This document shows positions 14,569 to 27,006 of a stretch of DNA of 64,000 nt, piece by piece; the first letter of the stretch is position 1; every line of letters starts with the position of its first letter. The stretch comes from Dictyostelium discoideum (lineage: Eukaryota), in assembly GCA_000004695.1 (NCBI GenBank), contig CM000151.3, positions 5,248,001-5,312,000 of the forward strand, given 5' to 3'. The notes under the pieces are model-generated. The model was not told the DNA's origin. It saw only the letters and a list, made by a program, of their open reading frames with translations, and did no database searches. Made by a program: the position numbers and the translations under genes.

Positions 14569-16039
14569 TTATTGATTTGAAAGTTGAGTTAAAATTGAAG
14601 AATTTAAAGGACTTTGATTACTAGTACTACTATTTAAACTATCACCATTTTCACTATTATCACCACTGATACTTGTATTTGTATTACTACTTATACCACT
14701 ACCACCACCATCATTTGTTTGCTGTTGTTGTTGTTGTTGTTGTTTTTCAATATTTGATAATTCATCTGTTAAAATTGTGTCCAATTGTTTGAAACTTTCT
14801 TCCAATTTCTTTGATAACTCTGTTGGCTCTTCAATAGAAGATGATTCAAATGTATTATTTGCATGAGAAATTAATTCCATTGTAATTTCGTATGTATAAA
14901 ACAATGTCCTCTTAATTCTTAATACTTTATCCTCATCATTTGACATTGGTGGCTTTTCTGTTTTAAATTTATAATTTAGTATATTTTTAATTGGTGCCAT
15001 ATGATCCTAAAAATAATTAAAAAAAAAAAGAAAATAAGTTAATATCTTTTTTTTTTTTTTTTTTTTTTTTTTATAAAAATAATATTTACATCTGAAATCT
15101 TTTTAAATAATTTAATTAAACCAATACCTTGATTAACAGTTTCAATATCATCAACATATGATTTAATTCTACCAAGATTACTTGAAATATTAATATAATA
15201 GATCTGCATATCAATTGGTGTTAAATAATCATCAACTTTAAGATTTGATTTGTTATTTATTCGTTTTGTGTTGTTGTTATTATTATTATTACTACTATTT
15301 GGTATATTGATATTAATTATTGGAGTTGCTATATTATTTGAAGTTGGTGTAGTTGGGGGTGGTGGTGTAGTTGGCGCAGTTGGTGTAGTTGGAGGTGGTG
15401 GTGTTGCAGTATCTGCAATTCCATTATTAGTTATAGTATTAGTAGTATTATTATTATTATTATTATTTGAACCATTATCAACTATAACGAAATCTGAAGA
15501 ATTTAAAGAAGATTTTACAGGAGGAGTATTTAAAGAAGGTGAAGAAGAATCACCAGTGATGATTGCAGAACGATTTTGGGGTGAAGTTGGTAATGATGGT
15601 AATGGTTTAGTTTGAGATGAGATATCAGATTGAGATCTTAGCTTACCAATTGTAGTTGGTAAACTTGCCATATCCATTGAAGTTTGAGATACTTGAGGGA
15701 AAATAGTTAAAACATGTTCAACCAATAAACAAAATAAACTATTGAAATCAGCAAAAGTCTCTGGTCTTTGAATATCCTCTGCTTTTAAATTTGGTATTGG
15801 TTCCAAAATCGATGGTCCAATAACAACACTAAGATTGGTTAAATCCATTTTAGTTACATCACGATGTTGATTCATTAAACTGCAAATTAATAAAATCTGT
15901 TTTAATAATGCCTGATTACAAACTGGTAATGTTGAAATTAATCTTCTTAATTCTGTTATAATTGTACCACCACTACCACCACCACTATTATTATTACCAC
16001 TACTACCAACAATATTTAAATTACTACTACTATTACTAA

Positions 16040-16076
<37 letters not shown>

Positions 16077-17160
16077 TTTAGCAACTGTTAAATATTTTGA
16101 ATAAACATTATAAAGCACTAATGGTTCAGGTAAAGATCTAAGGAATAATTTTAATACTGATGAAACACAATGTGGATCAATGATAGATGCACTCAATTCT
16201 AATGGTGCTCCACTTTCAATCTTTTGTTGTAATGCTTCAAGTGATGATTTACCTGCTGAAACCCTAAACATACCTTCGGTATTTATTGATTCTTTCTCTA
16301 AATATCTAAATATTTCATCTAAAAATGATGGTAATGGTTTATTACTTTCTCTTGCAAATACTTCTTCTAATTTAATTCCAAATGTTTTCTTTGGTACATA
16401 ATTTCTTAATTTTGCTGCAACTTTATTCTAAAATTTATATATAAACATATTTTTTTGGAAAAAAAAATTAGAAGAGTGATATTTTTAAAATAAAAAAAAA
16501 AAAATAAAAAAATAAAAAAAAAAAAAATATACATACAGTTTCTAAAATTATTTTTTTATAATTATCAATATCAGATTTAATTTTTGACATTTGAAAAACA
16601 CCTCTTTGAAAAAAGTCATTATAGGATTCGAAAGAGGATAATATAGTTTGTACGGTTGAGTTTTCTAAAGCCAATTCAGAGTCATTGTAGAGTTGAAGTG
16701 TTTCTTTTTGAGTACGTTCAAATGCTTCGGTGTCCTTTTTAAGGTTTGCAGAAGATGATTTACTCGTGTCAGTTGATAGATTCTTTAATTTCTTTTTACC
16801 CTCTTTTACCATCTCCAATTGAATGCTTATGGTTTGTTTCAATGGTTGGGTTGTACGATCGTATAATAGGTTACCTAAATGATTGAATACTTCGCTTATA
16901 CTATTTTGCCATTCCGATGCTCTTGATAAACAATCTGTAATTGGTATACGTGAATTAAAGTATGCTGCATCCATTGAATATTTTTTCATTGATTCCGCAA
17001 TCTGTTTACTTTGTAATGACATTTGGAAAAATGTTTGTTGTTGTTTTTCCATTGTCCTTTGAATTTCATCCATATGTGCTACATTCTCTTTAATTCTATT
17101 ATAAACTTCTTCTTGATCCATATTTTGTATGTTCTTTTTCCTTAAAGATTTTATATTCAT
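14569..17160 (-). CDS. Rho GTPase-activating protein with an N-terminal BAR-like coiled-coil domain; exons 16537..17160, 15090..16427, 14569..15006
   Basis: The RhoGAP domain begins exactly at exon 2 (NKVAAKLRNYVPKKTFGIKLEEVFARESNKPLPSFLDEIFRYLEKESINTEGMFRVSAGKSS...LPEPLV...LLKQILLICSLMNQHRDVTKMDLTNLSVVIGPSIL). There are GTATGT and GTAAAT donors and tttAG acceptors, with introns of 109 and 83 nt, all in phase 0. Confidence 0.75.
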
Positions 17161-18006
17161 TTTTTAATTTTTTTTTTTTTTTTTTTTTCTTACTTTTTTG
17201 ATATTATTTTTTAAAATATTATTATTATTATTAATTTTTTTTTTTATGAGATGAATAATTATAAATATATATAATATGTTTTTTTTTTTTTTTTTTTTTT
17301 TTGTTAATTAATTAATTAATTTTGAAATTAAATAGAATGGTATCAAAAAGAAATAAAATAATTGGTACTTTTTTAAAAAAAAAAATGGTGTGATGAGTTT
17401 TATTTTATTTTTTTTTTTTATTTTTTTTTTTTTGTTTTTTTTTCTTTGTGTATGTGTTTAAAACTGGTATGTGTGAGGTGTAAGTGGTGAGAAGGTAAAT
17501 TATTGTACAAATTTTTATAAATGTAGATAGATATTAATAAAAATATAAAGAGAATGAAATGAATGAGAAAACACAAAAATGTGATTTTGGGGGGTGTATG
17601 TTTTTTTCTTTTTCTTTTTCTTTTTCTTTTTCTTTTTTTTTTTTATATATTGTTATTTTTTATTTTTTTTTTTTTTTTATAATACAATAATGTAACAAAG
17701 GTGGTTTTTTTTTTTTTTTTTTTTTTTTTCCTAAATTATCTATCTATATTTTTTTTTTTTTTTTTTTTTTTTTCAAATAAAAAAAAATATATCACTTTCT
17801 TCGTATTTAGGTATGAATTTGATATATGAGAAAAAAAAAGAAATAAATACAAATACAATTGCGCAATAAATATAATGTGTTTTGTTGACAATAAAATAAA
17901 AAAAAATCTCTTTTTTTATCTTTTTATTTTTATTTTTATTTTTATTTTTTTTTTGAAAATTTTTTTTTTTTAGAATTTTTTATATTTTTATTATAAGTAA
18001 ACACAC

Positions 18007-18041
<35 letters not shown>

Positions 18042-18628
18042 CAAAAAAAAATGATTATCAAATTTTGAAAATAAAATAATTAAAAAAAAAATACAAAAAA
18101 AAAAAAAATTAAAGATAAAAATAAAAATAAAAAATAAGGTCTTTTTTGGTTGTTATTGGCCATATTTTTTTTTTTTTGATTGTCCAAAATTAAAGATAAA
18201 AATAAAAAAAAAAATAAAAAAAAAAAAGTGGGAATTAATTAAAGCGATCAATTCATCCCATTTATACTTTTTTTAAACTTGAAAAAAAAAAAAAAAATAA
18301 ATAAAAAAAAAAAATAAAAAAAAAAAAATTTAAATCCCAACAAAGGACAATATCATTTGTATAGTTTAATTTTGATTTAAACTTTAATAATTCATATTTA
18401 TTTATTTTTTTTTATTTTTATTTTTATTTTTTTTCTCAAAAACAATCAAAAATGAACTACGTGACTTTTTTTTTTTAATTTTTTACTTTTTTTTTATTTT
18501 TTTTTTTTTTTCAATTTTTTTTTTTTTTAAAATTTTTTTTTTTTTCCAAAAACCGAAAGTGAGAGAGGTCAAAAATTTTTTTTTTTTTTTTCATTCAGTT
18601 TTTCTTTAGCCTATAGTATTCATCAGAA

Positions 18629-19764
18629 ATGGAACAACAAAAAGCACCACAAGTATGTCTCACTTTTTTTAAAATTTCTTTAAATAATTTTTTTATTTTT
18701 TTTTATTTTAAATATTCAATTTGAATAAAATAAAATGAAATAATAAAAATAAAAATAAAAATATTAATTATTATTAAATTTTTATAAAATAATTTTAGGT
18801 TACTTACTTAGAAGTCGGATCATTAGTTGGTCACAACGGTTTTGTCACCTCTATTGCCGTTTCACCAGAAAACCCAGATACCATCATTTCATCATCACGT
18901 GATAAGACTGTTATGGTATGGCAATTAACCCCAACTGATGCCACCTCACCAGGTAAAGCCCACAGATCACTCAAGGGTCACTCACACTTTGTTCAAGATG
19001 TTGTCATTTCCCACGACGGTCAATTCGCCTTATCAGGTTCATGGGATAATACCTTAAGATTATGGGATATCACCAAAGGTGTTTCAACCCGTCTCTTCAA
19101 AGGTCACACTCAAGATGTTATGTCTGTTGCCTTCTCATCAGACAACCGTCAAATCATTTCAGGTTCACGTGATGCCACCATCAAAGTTTGGAACACCCTC
19201 GGTGAATGTAAATTCACTTTAGAAGGTCCAGAAGCTCATCAAGATTGGGTTTCATGTATCAGATTCTCACCAAACACCCCAACCATCGTTTCAGGTTCAT
19301 GGGATAACAAAGTTAAGATCTGGGATATCAAGAGCTTCAAATGCAACCACACCTTAACTGACCATACCGGTTACGTCAACACTGTCACCATCTCTCCAGA
19401 CGGTTCATTATGTGCCTCTGGTGGTAAAGATACCTTTGCTTGTCTCTGGGAATTATCATCTGGTAAACCATTATACAAATTAGAAGCTCGTAACACCATC
19501 AATGCTCTTGCTTTCTCACCAAACAAATATTGGTTATCTGCTGCCACTGATGACAAAATCATCATTTGGGATCTCCTCACCAAACAAGTTCTCGCTGAAA
19601 TCGTCCCAGAAGTCAAAGAACAAGCTTTCGACTCAAAGAAAAAGAAAGAATCAAAACCAAAAGCACCAGCTTGTCTCTCCCTCGCTTGGTCTGCTGATGG
19701 TTCAGTCTTATATGCTGGTTACAATGATGGTTTAATCCGTGTTTACAAATCATCATCCCAATAA
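18629..19764 (+). CDS. gpbB: RACK1 (G-protein beta-like, seven WD40 repeats); exons 18629..18652 and 18799..19764 (329 aa)
   Basis: The spliced N-terminus MEQQKAPQ|[23 protein letters not shown]...[10 protein letters not shown]... and the GH/WD repeats throughout align to RACK1 (for example ...[33 protein letters not shown]). GTATGT donor, 146-nt intron. Confidence 0.92.
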
Positions 19765-20081
19765 ATTTTTTAATTAAAATTTCAAAAAAAAAAAATAATA
19801 ATGTGTGTTTTTATTTCTTTTTTTAATTTTTTTATTTATTTATTTATTTTTTTTCTTTAAATCTAATTAAACACAATTTTTAATATTTTTTTAATTTCCT
19901 ATGTTCAATTTTTTTTTTTTTTATTATTATTTTTTTAATAAATTGTTGTGATATCTGTTTGCTGGAATGGGAAAACTTTTTTTTTTATTTTATTATTTTT
20001 ATTTTATTTTTTTTTTTTTTTATTTTTTCCTTTTTGCAATCAAGAGAATTAATTTAAAAAAGATAATTTAAATAATAAAAA

Positions 20082-20270
20082 TGGTAGGACATTCAACATA
20101 TATCTTAGAATCAATCTATGTAGATCAAGTTAATAATATTCAAATACTGGTGGTTTAACAAAGAAGTATTTGAAAAAATGGACATTTTGAAAGAATTTCA
20201 AAATATAATGAAATCTCACTACGAATTAGTTGAACTAAAAAAGAATTGAGAAAAATGAAATTATAATTCT
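20082..20270 (+). pseudogene. Degenerate upstream copy of the 61-aa mini-gene at 20701
   Basis: About 80% nucleotide identity to 20701..20886 across the CDS and flanks. An ~8-nt deletion causes a frameshift, so the product would be MVGHSTYILESIYVDQVNNIQILVV*. Confidence 0.4.
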
Positions 20271-20582
20271 CTTTTTATTTTCTAAATTAAATAAAATTAA
20301 ATAAAAAAAAATAAAAATAAAAATAAACAAAATATTTGGATAAAATTAATAAATTAAATTTAAACTTTCCTTTTTTTATTATTTTTTTTTTTACTTTTTT
20401 ATTTTTTTTTAAAAATTTAAATCCAATTAAAATTCTAAAATATTTTTAAATATATTCTAATTTTTAATATTTTTTTAATTTTGTATAATTTATTTTTTTA
20501 AATCTTTATTTTTTTATTTTTTTATTTTTTCTTTTTATTTTCTGGAAACATTTTAGAAATATCTGTTGGTTGAAAGAAATTG

Positions 20583-20614
<32 letters not shown>

Positions 20615-20700
20615 CTATATAAAGGGAATTAATTAAATATTTTTAATTTTTGCTAATCAAAAAACAATATATTTAAAAATAGATAATTTAAATAATAAAA

Positions 20701-20886
20701 ATGGTAGAACAATCAACATCCACCTTAGAATCATACTATGAAGATCAAGTTAGTAATCTTCAAATGGCAAAATCCAGTGGTATACAAAAAGAAGTAATTG
20801 AAAAAATGTTTAATTTGAAAGAATTTCAAAGTATAATGAAATCTCACTACGAATTAGTTGAACAAAAAAAGAAATTAGAAAAATGA
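20701..20886 (+). CDS. Small hypothetical protein (61 aa), intact copy of a tandemly duplicated ~620-bp unit
   Basis: Track ORF MVEQSTSTLESYYEDQVSNLQMAKSSGIQKEVIEKMFNLKEFQSIMKSHYELVEQKKKLEK. The upstream and downstream flanks are also duplicated. Confidence 0.35.
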   Translation: MVEQSTSTLESYYEDQVSNLQMAKSSGIQKEVIEKMFNLKEFQSIMKSHYELVEQKKKLEK

Positions 20887-21331
20887 AGAATTATAATTCT
20901 CTCTTTTTATTTTTCAAAACTTATAAACTAAATAAATAAACAAAAACATGTTTGGTTAAAATTAATTAAATTTAAATTTTCCTTTTTTTTTATTTTTTTT
21001 TGTTTTTCCATAAAATATTAATTTAATCTAACCCCACTGCTATTTTTATAATTTGCATATTTTTTTTTTTTTTACTCTAATTTTTTTTTAAAACATTTTT
21101 TTTTTTTTTTTTTTAAATTTTTTTTTTTAAAAATTTTATTTTAAAAATATTGATGATTGCGATCTGAATGGCTAAATCACACACTGGTGAATAACAAAAA
21201 ATTAAATTTAGAATTGGGTGGCAAAAATAATAAAAAAAAAAAATAAAAAAGGATTTCAATATTTGCAAAAGTTTGGGAAAAGCATCAATACCAATAATTC
21301 AAATTATTTCATCCTAAAAGTTTTTTAAAAT

Positions 21332-21362
<31 letters not shown>

Positions 21363-21411
21363 CCTTTTAATTCATTTTTTTTTAATTTTTTTTATTTTTC
21401 CACAATATAAC

Positions 21412-21447
<36 letters not shown>

Positions 21448-21582
21448 TTTTTAATTTTTTTTTTAATACATATAACAATTACCAACACAACAGATAAAAC
21501 AATAACCATTCGAATAATTATACATATAAAGTTTTTTTATTTTTTTTTTTATTTGTATAATATATTAATGGTTCACAAAAAT

Positions 21583-21583
21583 A

Positions 21584-21666
<83 letters not shown>

Positions 21667-21669
21667 GAA
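21583..21669. repeat. (AAT)n microsatellite, ~29 units, intergenic
   Basis: Pure trinucleotide run visible directly in the sequence. Confidence 0.9.
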
Positions 21670-22193
21670 TAATAAAGATAAAAAAGATTATTTAAAAAAA
21701 AAAAGAAACAATTAAATCAACATTATTTTATTATTATTCAAGTAAATTTATTGGTTTTTTTAATGTTGTAAATTCAAATACAAAAAAAAAAAAATAAAAA
21801 AAAAAAAAAAAATAAAAAAATAATAATTATAATAAAAATAATTTAATAAATAAATATAAAATCATAATAAAAAAAAAAACAGAAGCCTTTCATTATTTTC
21901 ACTTTTTTTTTTTTTTTTTACTTGAAATTTCAAGGGCTTGCTACAATTTTTTTGGGAGAGTCGTATCGAAAAGCTCAAATTCATTTTTCAATTTTTCAGC
22001 CTTATCGTTTTTATAAGCGGAATTGCAACCATTACCAACAACTGTAAAAATATTCAAAATTATAAAAAAATAAAAAAAAAAAAATCAACACTTTGTACAA
22101 AAAAAAAAAAAAAACAAAAAATTATCACATTGCATTAATCACAACAACCTTTGTAAATAGTATCACACCCACCCCACAATACACACACGCACA

Positions 22194-22245
22194 TCACCAA
22201 TTTCACCATCAATTTCACCATTAATTTCACCATCAATTTCACCAC
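22194..22245. repeat. 12-bp tandem repeat (AATTTCACCATC)x4.3, 100 bp upstream of the PQ-loop gene start
   Basis: caccaatttcaccatcaatttcaccattaatttcaccatcaatttcaccac, in a relatively GC-richer patch (acacacacgcacatcacc) upstream. Confidence 0.8.
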
Positions 22246-22343
22246 TTTATTATTAAAATTAGTATATAAAATTTCAATCGATCAAAATTAAAATAGTCAA
22301 TTAAAAAAGAAAATAAAAATAAAAAACATATATATAATATCAA

Positions 22344-23611
22344 ATGTCTTCAAAATATTGTATAAATGGGACAATAGATCCATCAACAACAGAGGAATTT
22401 GAAGGAGTTATAGTAGATATGAATATTGGAGGAGTATTACTAGGTATTTTTTTATTAGTTGGCTGTTGTTTTTCGATTATACCACAACACATAAAAATTG
22501 TAAAAACTAAATCAGTAGTGGGATTAAGTTTCCTTTGGATGTTTTTAGGTAATATAAATCAATTTAGTGGTTTTATAAATATGTGTAAGTTTCAGTGGTA
22601 CCAAATTTAAATAATAATAATAATCATAATTATAAGAATTTTAAATTAATAATAATTCAATTTTTTTGTTTAGTTGTTTTAAAATTCCCGCAGGTTCAAG
22701 CATGTAGTACATTGGGATTTGCAAGATGTGGTCCTTCTTTATTATCATTATTTCAATCATTTGGTATATGGTTATTCTCATTTCCAATGTATGTATTAAT
22801 TAAATCATTTATTTTTAAAACTATTTAAAATGATAATATTAATATTTATTTATTTATTTTTAAAAAAAGTTATATATTATATTTAATTTTTGCACCAAAT
22901 GATTTAAAATTTATAGAAAAGACAAGTTTAAAAGATTTATCATCAGCAAGAAAAGAATATAGGTTAGCACAATTGTTTTTTTTAATGTTGGTGATGTTTT
23001 TATCATCGATAATACTGGTAGTTGGAATTTTAGTTAGTGATATTGTTGGAACATGTACACATACAACTTATATATTTGGTTATGGTATGGGAATGCTTTC
23101 AACGATTATAACGTTTGTACAATGGTCACCACAAATTTATAAAACCATTAGAGATAAAGCAGTTGGTTCATTTTCAATCATTATGCTTTGTATACAGGGT
23201 CCTGGTTCACTAATTAATTTATATTATTTAATTTTCGTTTCAAAAGAGAGCGTTTCAACTTGGTTAGCATATTTATGTTCATCAGTTCAAATTTTCATAC
23301 TTTTGGGATTATTAATATTTTTCGATCGTAGAAATAAGAGAATTGCAAGAGAACTAAAAGAATCATCAATTGAAGAACAAGATATTCATTCTGGTTCTCC
23401 AAATCAATCTGTTTTAAATTATAAAGAAACTCATCCATTGTTATTTACACAATCACCATCATTAAAATCACAACAACAAAATAATAATAATAATAATAAT
23501 AATAATTCCTCAAATCAAAATCAATCTAAAAATCATAGCATTTTAAATTCTTCTTTCAACTCTAGTTATCATGAAGAAAATGACAGAGAGGAATATTCTG
23601 ATCAAATTTAA
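22344..23611 (+). CDS. PQ-loop repeat membrane protein (two PQ-loop motifs); probable exons 22344..22584, 22674..~22788, ~22927..23611
   Basis: PQ motifs IPQHIKIVKTKSVVGLSFLWMFLGN and QWSPQIYKTIRDKAVGSFSIIMLCIQG. A GTAAGT donor at 22585 and an AG at 22672-22673 restore the frame (FVLKFPQVQ...). The ORFs at 22595..22828 and 22973..23611 share one frame separated by a stop, so a second intron is required. Its exact boundaries are ambiguous (see findings). Confidence 0.55.
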
Positions 23612-23739
23612 AAATAAAAATAAATATAAAAACAATAATGATATATTTGGTAAATGATTAAAAATAAAAATAAAAAAAGTTAATTTTTTAAAAAAAAAAA
23701 AATAAAAAAAAAAAAAAAAAAGTTTATTTTGGAGGTGGT

Positions 23740-23808
<69 letters not shown>

Positions 23809-23933
23809 ATTAAAAAAAGGATTTTAAAGTTTTAAATAAATAAAATAACACATTGGTAAAGTTAATTAAAAATATAATAGAATTATATACTAATCCAAAA
23901 AGTTGAATATTTTTAAAGTAAATCAAATTTGTG

Positions 23934-23979
<46 letters not shown>

Positions 23980-24268
23980 AAAAGTAAATGCAAATATTCT
24001 TTTGCCAACTCATTCAAAGATATTTATTTTACTCATTTTTTTAAGCCCGTCAAGATTTTTTTTTTTTTATGATTGAAAAGTTATTTTTTTTTTTTTTTTT
24101 TTTTTTTTATTATTTTTTCTTTTTTTTATTTTTAAAAAAAAAATTAAATTTATTTTTTTTTTAATAAATTTTTTTTTTTTTTTTTTTTTTCTTTTTCCTT
24201 TTTTTTTTCCAACCTTAATAAAAAAATAAACTCATGTACATATAAAAATTAAAATAAAAGAAAAAAAA

Positions 24269-25564
24269 ATGAAAAGGACGATAATAATATTATTATTTGT
24301 ATCATTATTTGTAACATTTGTTTTATCACAAATACCAGATAATGATCCAGAATTATGTCAACAAAGAATTCAAAGAGAGGATTGTCCACAAACACCAGTA
24401 CCATGGGGAACATTCAATGACAATGACGAAATCGAAGTCTACTATATGCAAGCACCAGTTTTCGAAGCAGTTTTTGGAAATTTCTTTGGTAAGTTGGGTG
24501 GATATCATTCAGCAATTGGTTTCTATGACCTTACAACTGGTTTAAATTATACAGCAGAATATGATGCTTTCTTTGAAGTAGGAAATGGTACATTACCAAA
24601 TATCATAAATGTCGATGGTAAAGATGAACTTTTATGGTGTAATGCTGGTATCCTTTGTACTGTTCCATACATTAATGAAACTTATTGGGATAAAAACATC
24701 TATTCAACTGCTTCAAAAACTTATATGGGAACAATTAATGGTACTCAATTAAATCAATATATCGAATGGATGCAACAATATAATATTTCAAATCCAGGTA
24801 AATATTTATAATAATTTTATTTTTTTATTATACATTTATTTTTATATGTATATAAAAAAAAAAAAAAAAACATATATAATTATTATTTATATGTACTAAA
24901 AATATAAAATATTTATTTGTGGGTGTGTGGTTTGGATAAAAAAAAAAAAAAAAATATCTAATATATTTAATTTTATTATTTTTTTTTTTTAAATTTTTTA
25001 TTTTATATTTTTTTTTTTAGTATACCAAACATGGGACGTCTGGAACAATTATGGTCAAGATTTGTTTGTTCCATCAACAACATGTGATGATTTCACTCAA
25101 CAATCAATCGAACATTTAGGTAGTATTGGTATTAATTATAATTGTTCAACAGTTTTCAAGAGAGATTACATTAATCTTTTCACTGAAAAACCACAACCAA
25201 TCGATTTCACAGAACATTATGATGATATCTTTAAATTCTATGAAGCTGTATTAGAAATTAAAGAAGGCTCAATTGCACAAATCATTGAAAGAATTTTATC
25301 AATCATTGGTTTAAAGAAATATATTTACGTTCAAGGTGAATATTATTTATTAGAATTAAATTATCCGTATGTATTAAATAAATAAATTTTTTTAAAAAAA
25401 TAAATAAATAAAATAAAATAAACTAAAAAAATAATTATGCTAACATATTTAAATTTAAAAATATATATAGATTTATGAATGCAAAATATGATTATATCAC
25501 ATTACCAGGTTGTCCAGCAAATGGTATCGATTATGAAAATGGCAATTTTATTCATCTCAATTAG
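24269..25564 (+). CDS. cln5: CLN5 homologue (neuronal ceroid lipofuscinosis protein 5-like); exons 24269..24797, 25021..25366, 25471..25564 (322 aa)
   Basis: Signal peptide MKRTIIILLFVSLFVTFVLS. Collinear similarity to human CLN5: DDDIEVFRLQAPVWEF..DAIGF...GKNYT against NDNDEIEVYYMQAPVFEA..SAIGFYDLTTGLNYT, YYETWNV against YQTWDVW, and a C-terminus ...NYPFMNAKYDYITLPG. GTAAAT and GTATGT donors, with phases 1 and 2 conserved across the junctions. Confidence 0.85.
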
Positions 25565-25677
25565 ATTATTTTAAAATTAGATTATTTTAAATTAAATTGG
25601 TTATAAATAAAAACTAAAAACAAAAATAATAAAAAAAAAATATCTTTTTTTTTTTAATATTTTTCAAACTGTTTCTG

Positions 25678-25710
<33 letters not shown>

Positions 25711-25797
25711 GATAGTTTCTTTTTTTATTTTCACTTTTTTTTTATTTTGTTTTGAGAAAAAAAAAAAAAAATAAAATACTTTGTTTTAAACAATAAA

Positions 25798-25809
25798 ATG
25801 ACATCATCA

Positions 25810-25847
<38 letters not shown>

Positions 25848-26512
25848 CTTTTATAATATTATAGATGATGAGTTAGGATATGCAAGATTATATGGATATA
25901 TTGATAGAGAGAAACAAAAAACTTTATCACCAGCATTAATTGAAAAGTATGAAAAAGAAGCAGATAAATATTGGGATAAATTTTATAGAAAGAATAATAG
26001 TAACTTTTTCAAAGATCGTCATTGGTTAGTTAGAGAATTTCCAGAATTTTTAAAAAACTCTGATAAAGAAGTTTCAAAAGAGAATCAATTATTAGCATTT
26101 GAAATTGGTTGTGGTGTTGGAAATACAACTATTCCCTTATTGGAATTAAATGATAATTTACATTTTGTATCATTTGATTTCTCTGAACATGCTGTAAAAT
26201 TATTAAATCAATCGGTTAGTGAAAATCCAAAAATTAATGGTAGATGTAAAGGTTTTGTTTATAATGCAATCGATGGTCCTTCGGGTTTACCAGATTATAT
26301 CGAAAATGATCAATTCGATTTAATTATCATTATATTCGTTTTATCAGCAATGGATCCAAAAACTATACCATCTGTAGTTGATATGTGTTATCGTACTTTA
26401 AAACCTGGTGGTAAAGTTTTAATTAGAGATTATGCAATTGATGATATGGCTCAATCAAGATTTGATAATAATAATCCAGATTTTGATAATAATGAAGAAG
26501 AAGATTTAGATG

Positions 26513-26606
<94 letters not shown>

Positions 26607-26823
26607 AATTAATGGTGGTAGTAAAAACAAATTGGGTGATAATTTTCATGTTAGATTTGATGGTACAAGAGCTTATTATTTTAGTTTAGAAGTTATGGAA
26701 TCATTGTATAAAGAAAAAGGTTTTAAAACTGAACAAAATCATTATATATTTAGACAAGTTTTAAATAGAAAAGATAATTATTTAATGGATAGAAAATTTA
26801 TACAATCAAAATTTATAAAATAA
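25798..26823 (+). CDS. METTL2/METTL6-family tRNA N3-methylcytidine methyltransferase, single exon (341 aa)
   Basis: KYWDKFYRKNNSNFFKDRHWLVREFPE, EIGCGVGNTTIPLLE, IIIIFVLSAMDP...LKPGGKVLIRDYA and GDNFHVRFDGTRAYYFS...FRQVLNRKDNYLMDRKFIQSKF align along their full length to human METTL6. There is a ~40-residue poly-Asn insert (26511..26605). Confidence 0.85.
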
Positions 26824-27006
26824 AAAAAAAAAAAAAAAGAAAATAATTTAAATATATATACTTTATATATTTTTTATATTTATTTTTTTTTGTTTATTTT
26901 TTTGTATTATTATTCATTTAATAATTTATTTTATATTTATTTTATATTTTATTTTATATTTTATTTATTTTATATTTTATTTTATTTATTTTATATTTTA
27001 TTTATT

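Noticed and set aside
15250-15615. ORF 15250..15615 + (poly-L/V/G)
   Set aside because: Antisense of the poly-N/T/P low-complexity linker of the RhoGAP gene.
26423-26608. ORF 26423..26608 - (poly-Tyr)
   Set aside because: Antisense of the (AAT)n poly-Asn tract in the METTL6-like gene.
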